DNA from: Bacteroidia bacterium
GTDB taxonomy: Bacteria; Bacteroidota; Bacteroidia; Chitinophagales; Saprospiraceae
NCBI GenBank assembly: GCA_018680005.1
Contig: JAHHJQ010000378.1
Location: forward strand, 63 to 64,062
Direction: 5' to 3'
DNA length: 64,000 nt
Shown here: piece after piece, positions 40,432-50,940 of the stretch
How positions within the stretch are numbered: position 1 is the stretch's first letter
How the letters are laid out: the number at the start of each line of letters is the position of its first letter
Notes under the pieces: model-generated
Databases searched by the model: none
What the model saw: only the letters and a program-made list of their open reading frames with translations
Told to the model about the DNA's origin: nothing
Position numbers and translations under genes: made by a program

Positions 40432-41922
40432 TTACCGAATATGCCTGAGGGAAAAATAAAATATAGTACCAAATCCTACCATTAACATACCATGAAAAAC
40501 TATAAAGAGAGTTGTTTCAAGATAGATACCCATAAGTAAACCACCTAAAAAATAAATAGCCATCAAGCCTTCAAAAATAGTCGTCCAAGATAATTTACCA
40601 TCGAAATATTTTTGATTTTTAAATGAATCCTTGATAGACCGGATATTGAATTTTGGAGTACGAACAAATGGAGACTGTTTACCGATGTACCCTTGAATAA
40701 CAGCTACAGTATTATGGAGGGAAAGCCCCATTGACAGAGATAAAAAGATAGGAAAGAGAATTATGAACTTTACAAATCTTCGGAAATAAGTTTCATTGTT
40801 TGATGGACTGGGATATTTATGTTCGGATTCTACATTGGCGACAAAATATACAGCTACAACAGACACGAGTCCAATTAAAAAATATCCCATGTATCCATAC
40901 TCCATACCATACATATTAATCAAAAAAACAAGAGGAACACTAAACACACCGGCCATGAATATGAAAACAAAAACTCCACTACTCAATAGATGCCCTGTGG
41001 CGTGAATTTTTTGGAATAAGGAGAGATTTGAATTCCAAACAGTAGGTAACATTTTCCGAGCTGTTTCGGCTCCACCTTTCATCCACCTGTATTGTTGGGA
41101 TTTCAGGCCATTCATTTCTGCAGGTAATTCAGCTGGGGAAGACAAATCTTCCAAATAGATAATCTCCCAGCCTTTTAGTTGAGCTCTATAACTAAGATCT
41201 AAATCCTCTGTTAACGTGTCAGCTTCCCAACCTCCTGCATCCAAAATTGTCCTCTTTCTCCATACCCCAGCAGTACCATTGAACTGAAGCATACAATTCG
41301 CTCCTTTTCTACCAATCTGTTCAATTCTGAAATGAACATTCAATTGAAGTGCTTGCAATTTGGTAAGTACCGAATAATCCTCATTGATATGTTCCCATCT
41401 TGTTTGAACCACACCGACCTTATTATTCTTGAATTGTGGGATTGTTCGCATAAGAAAGTTCTTCCTTGGCAAGAAATCAGCATCGAATATGGCAATGAAT
41501 TCACCCTTGGCTTTAACAGTGGCTTCCTTTAATGCGCCTGCTTTATATCCTTGTCTATCTTTTCTATGAACATGTACTATATCGAATCCTTTGGCTATGT
41601 ACTCTTCAACCTTTTCCTTGGCAATGTTGACGGTTTCATCGGTAGAATCATCCAGTATTTGTATTTCTAACTTCTCCCTAGGGTATTCTAATTCGACAAT
41701 GCAATCAATTAATCTGGGAACCACATACATCTCATTATAGATAGGTAATTGAACCGTTACAAACGGAATATTATCCAACGCTTCCCATTCTGCCAGAGGT
41801 TGTGGACTACGATGATATTTTTTGTAGTAGTATAATAAATTGAGTTGAAGCAGACAGTACACTGTAATATATCCTAGTGCTAGTGAATATGCCCCGATCA
41901 ATATATATCCTAATATCTCCAT
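40432..41922 (-). CDS. GT2 cellulose-synthase-like membrane glycosyltransferase
   Basis: QLPIYNE, DDSTD, KAGAL, DADF, TED, QQYRW (QxxRW); C-terminal TMs. Confidence 0.9.
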   Translation of the reverse strand: MEILGYILIGAYSLALGYITVYCLLQLNLLYYYKKYHRSPQPLAEWEALDNIPFVTVQLPIYNEMYVVPRLIDCIVELEYPREKLEIQILDDSTDETVNIAKEKVEEYIAKGFDIVHVHRKDRQGYKAGALKEATVKAKGEFIAIFDADFLPRKNFLMRTIPQFKNNKVGVVQTRWEHINEDYSVLTKLQALQLNVHFRIEQIGRKGANCMLQFNGTAGVWRKRTILDAGGWEADTLTEDLDLSYRAQLKGWEIIYLEDLSSPAELPAEMNGLKSQQYRWMKGGAETARKMLPTVWNSNLSLFQKIHATGHLLSSGVFVFIFMAGVFSVPLVFLINMYGMEYGYMGYFLIGLVSVVAVYFVANVESEHKYPSPSNNETYFRRFVKFIILFPIFLSLSMGLSLHNTVAVIQGYIGKQSPFVRTPKFNIRSIKDSFKNQKYFDGKLSWTTIFEGLMAIYFLGGLLMGIYLETTLFIVFHGMLMVGFGTIFYFSLRHIR

Positions 41923-41941
41923 CCTAAAGCTTTGGGTTTTA

Positions 41942-42637
41942 CTATAACAGTTTAAAGATGGTCCACAATATTTTATGCCCAGCTAAAAATGTTCCTTTTA
42001 TCGTGCCCGATACTTTTGAAATACCTATTCTTTTACGGTAGTTTACCGGGACTTCGGTACATTTTAATTTGTTTTTTGCCGCTTTTACTTGCATTTCAAC
42101 CGTCCACCCAAAATCGCGATCTTGCATATCGATCTCTAAAAGTTTGGAATACTTAATGGCTCGAAATGGTCCTAAATCGGTAAATTCATACCTATAAAAA
42201 AGACGAATCAGAGTCGTTGCCAGCCAATTACCAAATATTTGTTGCGGCATCATAGCTCCTTTTTCCAGATTGCCTAGAGCTCTCGACCCAATCACAAGAT
42301 CATAATCGCTTTCAATAATTGGATGGATTAGATTAGGCATCTCTTCTGGGTGATCCGAATAATCCCCATCGATAAATACAACTATATCCGGTTTGTCTTT
42401 CTTTTCGCATATATACTCCATGCCTTTCAAACAAGCGTTGCCGTATCCAGGTATTGGTTGATCTACAACGTGAGCACCGGCCATTTGAGCATTTTGTCTA
42501 GTTTGATCTGTACTGTTATTGTTGCAAACTATAATATCCCGTACGAGTTCTTTAGGGATATCCAATACTACTTTTCCTATTGAAGATTCTTCGTTATATG
42601 CTGGAATGATTACATCAATAACGGCACTGCTACGCAT
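41942..42637 (-). CDS. GT2 glycosyltransferase (polyprenol-phosphate glycosyltransferase-like)
   Basis: IIPAYNEE, NNNSTD, GYG-x-AC, DGD, VIGSR, TDLGPFRAI; ATG 42637 chosen as start. Confidence 0.9.
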   Translation of the reverse strand: MRSSAVIDVIIPAYNEESSIGKVVLDIPKELVRDIIVCNNNSTDQTRQNAQMAGAHVVDQPIPGYGNACLKGMEYICEKKDKPDIVVFIDGDYSDHPEEMPNLIHPIIESDYDLVIGSRALGNLEKGAMMPQQIFGNWLATTLIRLFYRYEFTDLGPFRAIKYSKLLEIDMQDRDFGWTVEMQVKAAKNKLKCTEVPVNYRKRIGISKVSGTIKGTFLAGHKILWTIFKLL

Positions 42638-42705
42638 GAATGAGCTTTTGCTTTTTAAAGGCCACAAAAATACCTGATTATCTACTACTGTGTTGTCGAA
42701 GACTA

Positions 42706-42713
42706 TACATTTG
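42706..42713 (+). promoter_or_regulatory. -7 element TACATTTG
   Basis: TAnnTTTG match upstream of the 42845 gene. Confidence 0.4.
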
Positions 42714-42844
42714 AGGAAATAAATTCTTCAATTCGCAATTTGATCACCGGACAACAAAACTGGCGTTTGCTCGTAATAAATGGATGCTTAACACATACTT
42801 GATACCTCTATACTTATTGCCCGGAAAGGGCTTATAAATTCTTT

Positions 42845-44323
42845 ATGAAATTCAGCCCAATAGCAATATTAAGTTTGTTCCTAATGATTTGGCTTTTCCA
42901 TTCTTGCGAGGAGCAAACATTTGATATAAGCTCTTCCACAAAACTTTCTTTCTCAAGTGATACATTGCGTTTCGATACCGTTTTCACAACCATCGGATCA
43001 GCCACGAGGTCTATCAAGGTTTATAATTCTTCAGACAATTGGATTAATATCAGCGATATTACGTTAGGAAATGGTTCAGTTGGAAGATTCAGAATTAATG
43101 TCGATGGTGTTTCTGGAAATAGATTCGCAAACATTGAGATTCCACCTAACGATAGCATCTATATATTTTGTGAAGTTACAGTAGATCCTGATCAACCTCT
43201 TTCAGAAAGCCCTTTTGTCATAAACGAAAGGATCTATTTTAATACTAATGGTAATGATCAATCTGTACTACTGGAAGCCTGGGGTCAAAACGCCAATTAT
43301 CTCCCAAATCAATTCAATGCTGGTGGATTGGCTTTACTGACATGTGATCTTCAGGAACTTATATTTGATGACCCTAAACCCTATGTTATATATGGTGTAC
43401 TGCTCGTAGATAGTTGTGACATTGTCATACCCGCAGGCACACAAGTATACGTACATGGGGGGCTTGTGAACTCTCAAAATTTTGGTTCATATAATGATGG
43501 CCAATTTATATTCCTGAAAGATGCAAGTCTGAAAACCGAGGGAACAGTTGATAATCCTGTAATCATACAGGGAGATAGACTTGAAAGTGTTTTCAGTGAT
43601 GTCGATGGGCAATGGACCGGCATCCGATTTCTGGACGGAAGCGATGAAAACGAACTTAATCATACTATTATAAAAAACAGTATACTTGGGATATTTGCTG
43701 ATTCTGCAACAACTGTAACCCTAAAAAATATTCAGATCTTCAATACATCGAATGCTGGAATTCTGGCATCTCATGCTACCGTTACTGCTGAAAATTGTCT
43801 TATTTATAATAATTACGGCGGCGGTATCCAACTAAATTATGGGGGTAGCTATGAATTTAGCTATTGCACGATTGCTAGTTATGGCATCAATGCGCCAACG
43901 CTAACGATGAACAACATTCTCTGCCTTGATGCTTTTTGTTCCGTATACAGGACGAATGCATTGGAGGCAAGTTTTACGAATTGCATTTTTGCTGGAAGCT
44001 CTGAAGATGAATTCGATTTCTTTGATATTGAATCTGGAAATGATCCAGGATTGTTTGATTATCAATTCAACCATTCCATTGTGAAAGTTGATGAACTAAT
44101 AACGCAAGAGGGTTTTACTGATTTCTTTGATCATTGCACGGAATGTGTTGTACAAATGATTGGTGATCCTCTTTTCATTGGAATTGATAGTAGTAATTAC
44201 CGATTGGATACAATGTCCATTGCTTTAGACAGAGGAATACCTATTCCCGGTATAATGACAGATCTCATTAACCAAACCAGGGACTCCGAAAATCCTGATA
44301 TTGGCTGTTATGAATTCCAGTAA
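42845..44323 (+). CDS. Lipoprotein with Ig-like N-terminus and probable right-handed beta-helix
   Basis: Lipobox HSC; FSSDTLRFDTVFT; N-x-x-I-x-N periodicity; terminal DIGCYE. Confidence 0.75.
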   Translation: MKFSPIAILSLFLMIWLFHSCEEQTFDISSSTKLSFSSDTLRFDTVFTTIGSATRSIKVYNSSDNWINISDITLGNGSVGRFRINVDGVSGNRFANIEIPPNDSIYIFCEVTVDPDQPLSESPFVINERIYFNTNGNDQSVLLEAWGQNANYLPNQFNAGGLALLTCDLQELIFDDPKPYVIYGVLLVDSCDIVIPAGTQVYVHGGLVNSQNFGSYNDGQFIFLKDASLKTEGTVDNPVIIQGDRLESVFSDVDGQWTGIRFLDGSDENELNHTIIKNSILGIFADSATTVTLKNIQIFNTSNAGILASHATVTAENCLIYNNYGGGIQLNYGGSYEFSYCTIASYGINAPTLTMNNILCLDAFCSVYRTNALEASFTNCIFAGSSEDEFDFFDIESGNDPGLFDYQFNHSIVKVDELITQEGFTDFFDHCTECVVQMIGDPLFIGIDSSNYRLDTMSIALDRGIPIPGIMTDLINQTRDSENPDIGCYEFQ

Positions 44324-44370
44324 GAATTATAGATTCTGGTTTTGATAGACATGGTACCTCTAGACGCTAT

Positions 44371-45687
44371 CTAATCCGAAAGGTCTTTTATTCTTGCAGG
44401 TTCCACAGTAATTTTGGATAAGATTAGAATTCCGACCAAAAAAAATATTGCCAGTGTTAAAACACTATTTCTCATACCACCAGTCAATTGTTCTATGAAG
44501 CCAAAACTAAACGTACCAACGATGATTGCTACTTTTTCCAGGACATCATAAAAACTGAAGTACGAAGTAGTATCTTTCGTTTCAGTCGGTAATAGCTTGC
44601 TATATGTAGAACGTGACATGGACTGTACCCCTCCCATCACTAATCCTACAAAGGCCGCAAGTATATAGAATTGAAGATCACCATGGACAAAATATGCAGT
44701 GAAACATATAAATGTCCAAATGACAAGAATAATGGAAAGTGAGAATTTGTTGCCTTTCCGGTCAGAAATCTTGGCAAATAAATAAGCTCCTCCTATAGCC
44801 ACAATCTGAAGTATTAAAACTAATAGAATCATTTTTTCAGTAGCAAACTGCAACTCTTTCTCCGCAAAAGTTGCAGCTAGAAATATGACTGTCTGTGCTC
44901 CGGCACTATAACAGAAGAATGCCAAAAGAAATCTCTTCGTATTGAATTGGCCTTTTAGTTGTTGCCAGACATGAAGTAGTTCCTGATATCCCTTCTGAAC
45001 AATATTATTTTGATGAATGGTTTTTCTTCTATCATTCGGAAGTCTCTTGAAGGTAATCTGTGCGAATCCGAACCACCAAAGTCCAACCATGACAAATGCT
45101 ATTCTTACAGCTACACTGTCTTGAGATATTCCAAACCACCCTGGATTCATAATGATGATCAGGTTTGTAATCAGTAAGATAACGCTCCCCACATAGCCAT
45201 AGGCGAATCCTTTGGCAGATACCGTATCTAAACGTTCTTTAGAAGCAATGAGAGGCAGATACGAATTGTAGAATACTAAACCGCCTGCAAATCCAATTGT
45301 CGCCAAAATAAATGCTAATATGCCCAAAGTAAGCTGCCCCATCCCTTGAAACCAAAATAGAGAAATACAAGCCAACGACCCCAAGGTTGTAAAAAAACGC
45401 AGAAAGAACTTACGCTTTCCTCCATAATCTGCAATTCCACTAAGCAACGGAGAGAATAAAGCAATTAGAAAATAAGCCGCCGAAATAGAGAACGCATACA
45501 ATGCACTATTGCTCAATTGAAAGCCAAGAATATTTATTCTGCTATCCGTAACTTGAAGAAAATAACCAGGGAAAATAGCCGTGGTGATTACAAGCGCATA
45601 AGCGGAATTTGCCCAATCAAAGAGTGCCCATCCATTTATAGTTTTTTTGTCGTTAATTTTGATTTCGGTTGAAGCACTCGTAGACAT
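44371..45687 (-). CDS. MFS transporter (ATG22/UMF1-like)
   Basis: WALFDWANSAY, SPLLSGIAD, FYNSYLP; about 12 TM segments. Confidence 0.9.
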   Translation of the reverse strand: MSTSASTEIKINDKKTINGWALFDWANSAYALVITTAIFPGYFLQVTDSRINILGFQLSNSALYAFSISAAYFLIALFSPLLSGIADYGGKRKFFLRFFTTLGSLACISLFWFQGMGQLTLGILAFILATIGFAGGLVFYNSYLPLIASKERLDTVSAKGFAYGYVGSVILLITNLIIIMNPGWFGISQDSVAVRIAFVMVGLWWFGFAQITFKRLPNDRRKTIHQNNIVQKGYQELLHVWQQLKGQFNTKRFLLAFFCYSAGAQTVIFLAATFAEKELQFATEKMILLVLILQIVAIGGAYLFAKISDRKGNKFSLSIILVIWTFICFTAYFVHGDLQFYILAAFVGLVMGGVQSMSRSTYSKLLPTETKDTTSYFSFYDVLEKVAIIVGTFSFGFIEQLTGGMRNSVLTLAIFFLVGILILSKITVEPARIKDLSD

Positions 45688-45726
45688 AGTATATAGAATA
45701 TGTGGTCTCTAGGATGGCCGAATATA

Positions 45727-45734
45727 TACTTTTG
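45727..45734 (+). promoter_or_regulatory. -7 element TACTTTTG upstream of rimK
   Basis: TAnnTTTG match. Confidence 0.45.
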
Positions 45735-45779
45735 TCGTATAGAAATTATTAATACCTTGATGACAAGAAGAAGTCTGCA

Positions 45780-46685
45780 ATGAATATTGCCATACTTTCA
45801 AGAAATCCTCAGCTTTATTCTACTCAAAGCCTTTTCAGAGCTTGTCGAAGGAGGGGACACTATGTCAGGGTCATCGATCACATGAGATGTCAACTGGCTA
45901 TCCTTAATGGATCAAAATATATTCAGTATCAAGGTGAGATTTTGAAGCATATTGATGCTGTGATACCAAGAATAGGATCTTCTGTCACAAAACCAGGAGC
46001 AGCAGTCCTTAGACAATTTGAATTGCAAAATATTCTTTCTGCCATTACTACCACAGGCTTGCTTAACGCTAGAGATAAATTGAGAAGTCTGCAAATTCTC
46101 AGTTCGCATAAAATTGAGACAGTCGATACAATTCAACCAGAATTAAATTACAGGGCGGATAAAATTATTCAATTGCTTGGAGGGCTTCCAGTTGTGGTAA
46201 AGCTTTCTGAAGGAACACATGGAACTGGAGTTATGCTTGCAGATTCAAAAAATGGCCTTATCACTATATTGGAAACATTTCATAACCTTGACCAAAAGGT
46301 ATTGGTTCAAAAATTTATAAAAGAAGCCAGAGGTCAGGATCTCAGAGCAATTGTTGTCAATGGAGAAGTGGTTGCATCAATGAAAAGAAAAGCACAACCC
46401 GGAGAATTCAGATCGAATCTACACAGAGGAGGTACAGCAATTCATATCAAACTTGATAGTTCTGAACAGAAAGCGGCCATAGATGCCGCCAATGCGCTTA
46501 AATTGGGCGTTGCGGGTGTCGATCTGCTTCAGTCAAAAAATGGTCCTTTGGTATTGGAAGTAAATCCTTCTCCTGGATTGGAAGGAATAGAAACCATAAC
46601 TAAGGTCGACGTAGCGGGTAAGATCGTAGAATTTCTGGAAAGCAAAATTGATGCTCATCGCACGCTGGCTGATATGATTTCTTAG
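45780..46685 (+). CDS. rimK: RimK-family alpha-L-glutamate ligase (ATP-grasp)
   Basis: LYST, DAVIPRIG, RDKLRSLQ, EFRSNLHRGG, GVDLL, LEVN-x-SPGLEGIE. Confidence 0.9.
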   Translation: MNIAILSRNPQLYSTQSLFRACRRRGHYVRVIDHMRCQLAILNGSKYIQYQGEILKHIDAVIPRIGSSVTKPGAAVLRQFELQNILSAITTTGLLNARDKLRSLQILSSHKIETVDTIQPELNYRADKIIQLLGGLPVVVKLSEGTHGTGVMLADSKNGLITILETFHNLDQKVLVQKFIKEARGQDLRAIVVNGEVVASMKRKAQPGEFRSNLHRGGTAIHIKLDSSEQKAAIDAANALKLGVAGVDLLQSKNGPLVLEVNPSPGLEGIETITKVDVAGKIVEFLESKIDAHRTLADMIS

Positions 46686-46749
46686 AAAGCGATTTTTTTC
46701 CACTAACAAGTAGGAAATATACTTTCATTTCTTTTAATATCATGCATCA

Positions 46750-47691
46750 ATGAAGAATTTGGAAATAAACGGTGCCAGTATTGCCCCGGGCGAATCTCAA
46801 GAAGTCAAAATTAATGTCGGTAAACTGGCCTCTGGTACAAGAATTCATATATACGCCAATGTCTACAGAAGTGCCAAAAAAGGACCTGTTCTTCTGGTTC
46901 TTGGTGGTGTGCATGGAGATGAAATAAATGGTGTGGAAATCGTTCGAAGATGTGTATCCGATGGTGTTTTTGAAAATATCCAAAAAGGATCTGTTATAGC
47001 TATTTCCTTGCTTAATGTTTATGGATTTATCAATTTCTCGAGAGAGATACCTTATGGCAAGGATGTCAATAGAAGTTTTCCCGGAACTGTTAGTGGTTCA
47101 CTAGCTTCACGAGTTGCCCGAGTACTAACTAAAAAAATTCTTCCACATGTAGATTGCGGTGTTGATTATCATACCGGAGGAGATAGTCGTTATAACTTTC
47201 CACAAATAAGATATACCAAAGGCGATCCTCAAGCAAAAGAATTGGCTTTAGCATTTGGTGCTCCAATCACTTTGGCGAAACCTGCAATTTCCAAATCCTT
47301 GAGAAAAGTAAGTCGCGATATGGGACTCACAATGCTAGTTTATGAAGGCGGTGAAGCAAGTAGATTCGACGGATTTTCAATAAATAATGGGATCAATGGA
47401 TTAAAAAGACTTATGAAACATCTTAAGATGATCAAAACTGATATCCCTAGTTTGCCAACACGTCAGTTTATTAAAACAACTTGGGTCAGAGCTCACCAAG
47501 CAGGAATTTTTACATGGACAAAATCATCCGGACATCTAATCACAAAAGGTGAGCCTCTCGGCTATATAAATGATCCAAATGGTCAAGTAAGCCACAAAGT
47601 ATTATCAAAACATGATGGATTCATCATTGGACATAACAACGCTCCTGTTGTGAGACAAGGCGATGCATTGTTCAATATTGGAATTCAATAG
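46750..47691 (+). CDS. Succinylglutamate desuccinylase/aspartoacylase family (M14-like) hydrolase
   Basis: GVHGDEING, DVNRSFPG, DYHTG, YEGG. Confidence 0.9.
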   Translation: MKNLEINGASIAPGESQEVKINVGKLASGTRIHIYANVYRSAKKGPVLLVLGGVHGDEINGVEIVRRCVSDGVFENIQKGSVIAISLLNVYGFINFSREIPYGKDVNRSFPGTVSGSLASRVARVLTKKILPHVDCGVDYHTGGDSRYNFPQIRYTKGDPQAKELALAFGAPITLAKPAISKSLRKVSRDMGLTMLVYEGGEASRFDGFSINNGINGLKRLMKHLKMIKTDIPSLPTRQFIKTTWVRAHQAGIFTWTKSSGHLITKGEPLGYINDPNGQVSHKVLSKHDGFIIGHNNAPVVRQGDALFNIGIQ

Positions 47692-47706
47692 AAGCCCCTA
47701 ACAATA

Positions 47707-47743
47707 CAAAAGCCCGACACAAGTAGAGTACATCGGGCTTTTG
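47707..47743. terminator. Bidirectional intrinsic terminator between the convergent hydrolase and gldN
   Basis: CAAAAGCCCGA...TCGGGCTTTTG inverted repeat. Confidence 0.8.
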
Positions 47744-47765
47744 ATTGATCAAATATCAACACAAT

Positions 47766-48641
47766 TTAATATTCCCAAAGATCATGTTCAAAGTTGAAGA
47801 TTTCTGCCTTGATCTTTTCTCCTTCTAATAGAAGGTCTACACCACTGACATAATCCTGCAATCTCCGGTCATAAACATTGGATTCCTTAAAGATGTAACT
47901 TGAAAAGAAACGCATAGCAAATAGATCCTCCCAACTTACCAAGGCAGCATCATTGGCAGCATTGAATACCCGATGACGCGAGAATAACTCCCTACATTCC
48001 GGATAATAAATCCAAAACATTGGACGATCAAAAAGGAAATTGTCATTTTCATCAAACTTATCAATGATCGGAGCTATACCAAGTATTCGAACTTTCAAAG
48101 TAGAATACTTTCTATCGAAGTACCATACTTCTTTAATTCTGAACTTCTTGATGTCTTCCGGATTGATTTCGTTTCTTACAATTTTAATTTCTTCTTCATA
48201 CGTCTCGGGATCATAGCTAATTACAGTATCCACGGTTGCAGCCAAAGAAGCAACTTCATTGGGTTCTAGTGGATAACTGAACTCACTTATTCCCGGGTCA
48301 GAAGGAACATCATATGCGGTAATTTCGCCATTCATGGCTGCATCAAGAATTATCTTAACGAAGTATTCACCAGGATAGGAGAAAGGTGCATTCATCTTTT
48401 CCCTAACATCGATTACTCGCCAGACTCGCTTTTCCCATAAAATATCAGCTTCTCTGAGCGGCTCATAGGGCAAAACTCTTCTTTCTTGAATGATGCGCTT
48501 TTCTACAATATCATCTATCGGCTTTTCGAAAAATGGTTCACTAGATTCTGTCCTTGGTACTTCTGGCAACTGAGCCATAACCTGGCCTGCTACAAAAAGA
48601 ACCAATACTAAACTGAAAAGTGATTTGAATGACATTAGCAT
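47766..48641 (-). CDS. gldN: Gliding motility/T9SS protein GldN
   Basis: LREADILWEKRVWRVID, KEVWYFD, LGIAP, FWIYYP, EHDLW. Confidence 0.94.
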   Translation of the reverse strand: MLMSFKSLFSLVLVLFVAGQVMAQLPEVPRTESSEPFFEKPIDDIVEKRIIQERRVLPYEPLREADILWEKRVWRVIDVREKMNAPFSYPGEYFVKIILDAAMNGEITAYDVPSDPGISEFSYPLEPNEVASLAATVDTVISYDPETYEEEIKIVRNEINPEDIKKFRIKEVWYFDRKYSTLKVRILGIAPIIDKFDENDNFLFDRPMFWIYYPECRELFSRHRVFNAANDAALVSWEDLFAMRFFSSYIFKESNVYDRRLQDYVSGVDLLLEGEKIKAEIFNFEHDLWEY

Positions 48642-48659
48642 GTGTTATATTTAATTGTT

Positions 48660-50228
48660 CTATTTTATCTGGAAGGAAAGTGAATTCACTTCTCTTCCTG
48701 CTTTGTCGCCTGGACAAGTAACTTTTACATCTTCGAAAAGATACGCATCCCCAGGCCTTGCTGCTTTAATCATATTCGCAACCTTACCTTTAAATGTTGG
48801 ACCTGCATTGGTTCCTACAACAGGATCTGCTCTTTTAGCAATCCTAGTGACGTTAAAGCCCTGAACTTTACATTTAGCATCAAAGTCAAAATTCTCCAGC
48901 CAAGGAATCAGACCAGGCATTGCCTTAAAACTTCCGTTTCCAATTTTACCACCTTTGAATTTACCAAGCTTCACAACAGGATCAGGAATCCTTTTAACCT
49001 TATAATCAAACACTGTAGGTTGTAATCCACCACCTGAGACGGTAATTTTTGAAGAACCAGGTGTTGTAACTCTCGCGTTGAATTTTCCATTTCCTGTAGA
49101 AGATAGCTTCAATCCTCCCCCTGATGCATTCACTTTCAAATCTTTAGTGGCAACACCTGCAGCAGAAACTGAGACAGGATTATCCACTCCGATATAGAAA
49201 ACATTCATCTTATCCAATGATACTGCCACAGACCTAAGGCCAACTTCGTATTCGAAATCGTTCTTGACTGTCTTCACCTCACCTGTAACAGGGTTGGTCA
49301 CAGTAATGGCAGCTGTATACTTCTTAACTCCTGTGGAAGAAGCCGTTTCTGAAAATTTGGCAACACCCTCCTTAGCGGGCATTGTTTTTCCATTAACTTT
49401 TATACTTACACCTGTATTTGACGCTTTGGAAGCTGAAGCACTTAAGAATACATCGGTTTCAAATTTTTCTCCTTTGATCACATAGGTTCTCTTGGGAGAT
49501 GAAACAACTTTATATTGATCAAAAACAACTTCTTTACCTCCGACTTTACTCATAAACTCGTTCAGCACAACTGCCTCCGAGTTTTTGATATCGTTGACCC
49601 ATTTTGTAAACATTGGCTCAACTGCACCTAAAGGCATCTGTTTAAAGTTAAAATCAGACCAGCTGACTTTCTTTGCTGCTTGCCATTCCGCATCATCAAT
49701 ACTGATTGGAATGTTCGCCTCGACAGAAGCTCTGTCCTCTTCATCGACAAAAGACAGAAACTTAGCCTTGGCCTCAACAAGCTTGGCTTTCAACTCCTCT
49801 CCTGCACCTTGATCCAGGAGAATTCGAGTAGTAACATCCTTATCTTTTATGCCTTTGTACTTTTTCTTTCCTTGATCCATCTTGTAATCACCTTCGCTAT
49901 AAGGTGTTCCGTCATTATCTCCAGCCTCATCAACAATATTGTCGAAAATGCTTTGTATATAGTCACTGGCATCTTTGGAATATGCACGCACTTCCTTTGA
50001 TAGATCAGCGTATCTCTGTAATTCTGCTTTCTTCTTTGATAGTTGCGCTACCTGATCCGGAATCTTTCCATTCGCTTCATCAAGTGCACCATTGGATTTC
50101 ACCAAACCGTCATTCACAATTTTGAATGCATTGAAGATTTCAGCAGATACGTTTAGGGCAAGCATCGCGGTCAAAACGAGATACATAAGATTGATCATCA
50201 GTTGCCGCGGTTCCTTAGGTATTGACAT
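48660..50228 (-). CDS. gldM: Gliding motility/T9SS motor protein GldM
   Basis: PRQLMINLMYLVLTAMLALNVS; DKMNVFYIGVDNP. Confidence 0.96.
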   Translation of the reverse strand: MSIPKEPRQLMINLMYLVLTAMLALNVSAEIFNAFKIVNDGLVKSNGALDEANGKIPDQVAQLSKKKAELQRYADLSKEVRAYSKDASDYIQSIFDNIVDEAGDNDGTPYSEGDYKMDQGKKKYKGIKDKDVTTRILLDQGAGEELKAKLVEAKAKFLSFVDEEDRASVEANIPISIDDAEWQAAKKVSWSDFNFKQMPLGAVEPMFTKWVNDIKNSEAVVLNEFMSKVGGKEVVFDQYKVVSSPKRTYVIKGEKFETDVFLSASASKASNTGVSIKVNGKTMPAKEGVAKFSETASSTGVKKYTAAITVTNPVTGEVKTVKNDFEYEVGLRSVAVSLDKMNVFYIGVDNPVSVSAAGVATKDLKVNASGGGLKLSSTGNGKFNARVTTPGSSKITVSGGGLQPTVFDYKVKRIPDPVVKLGKFKGGKIGNGSFKAMPGLIPWLENFDFDAKCKVQGFNVTRIAKRADPVVGTNAGPTFKGKVANMIKAARPGDAYLFEDVKVTCPGDKAGREVNSLSFQIK

Positions 50229-50291
50229 GCTCTAATGTATTTAATGGTATTGAAAAATGGTTTCTACAATATTTGGTTTTGAAAGCATTCA

Positions 50292-50891
50292 TTAGCTTAC
50301 TGGAACTGAGGCAGCCTGTTGACCTGTCATAGCAGTAAGTACATTGCCATATACAGAATTCAACGAGCCTAGATTTTTATTCAGTGCTGCCATCTGCTCT
50401 TTATATCTCTTGGTATCTTCTAGTGAATCGCCAAGATCAGCCATAGCATCATTGAGTTTAGAATAGAAATTATTCATTGTATTAATCTGGTCGCTGGTTC
50501 CACTGAAGTCAATTTCTTGAAGAGCTTTCAGCGCTCCCAGATTTTTTGACATAGACTGCAACTCTGTGAGCATTCCGCCTAACTGATTTTCTACCACTTC
50601 TCCATTCAGAGCAGTGCCACCTGAAGCACCACCAGCTGCGAGAGGAGTGATTTCAGAGTGATACTTTTCAAGTCCAGGATACAATTTCTCCCAATAATAA
50701 TCTTTCTCAGGAGGTAGGACACCTAGCATTAGGAACAAAAATGCTTCCGTAACTAGTCCTGCTATTAGCATTTCCGTACCGTATGCCCAGCTATTAATTT
50801 TGAAGAGCGCACCTAGCATAACAATTGCAGCACCTACACCAATTATGAAGTTCTTTAATCTTTTGAACCAATTTGATTTGTAAAAAGCCAT
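50292..50891 (-). CDS. gldL: Gliding motility/T9SS motor protein GldL
   Basis: GAAIVMLGALFKI, GLVTEA (TM Glu), WEKLYP, LNSVYGNVL. Confidence 0.95.
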   Translation of the reverse strand: MAFYKSNWFKRLKNFIIGVGAAIVMLGALFKINSWAYGTEMLIAGLVTEAFLFLMLGVLPPEKDYYWEKLYPGLEKYHSEITPLAAGGASGGTALNGEVVENQLGGMLTELQSMSKNLGALKALQEIDFSGTSDQINTMNNFYSKLNDAMADLGDSLEDTKRYKEQMAALNKNLGSLNSVYGNVLTAMTGQQAASVPVS

Positions 50892-50940
50892 GTGAATAAA
50901 ATTTACTTGGTTTAGTTGAAATAAGTTTTACAATACAGCA

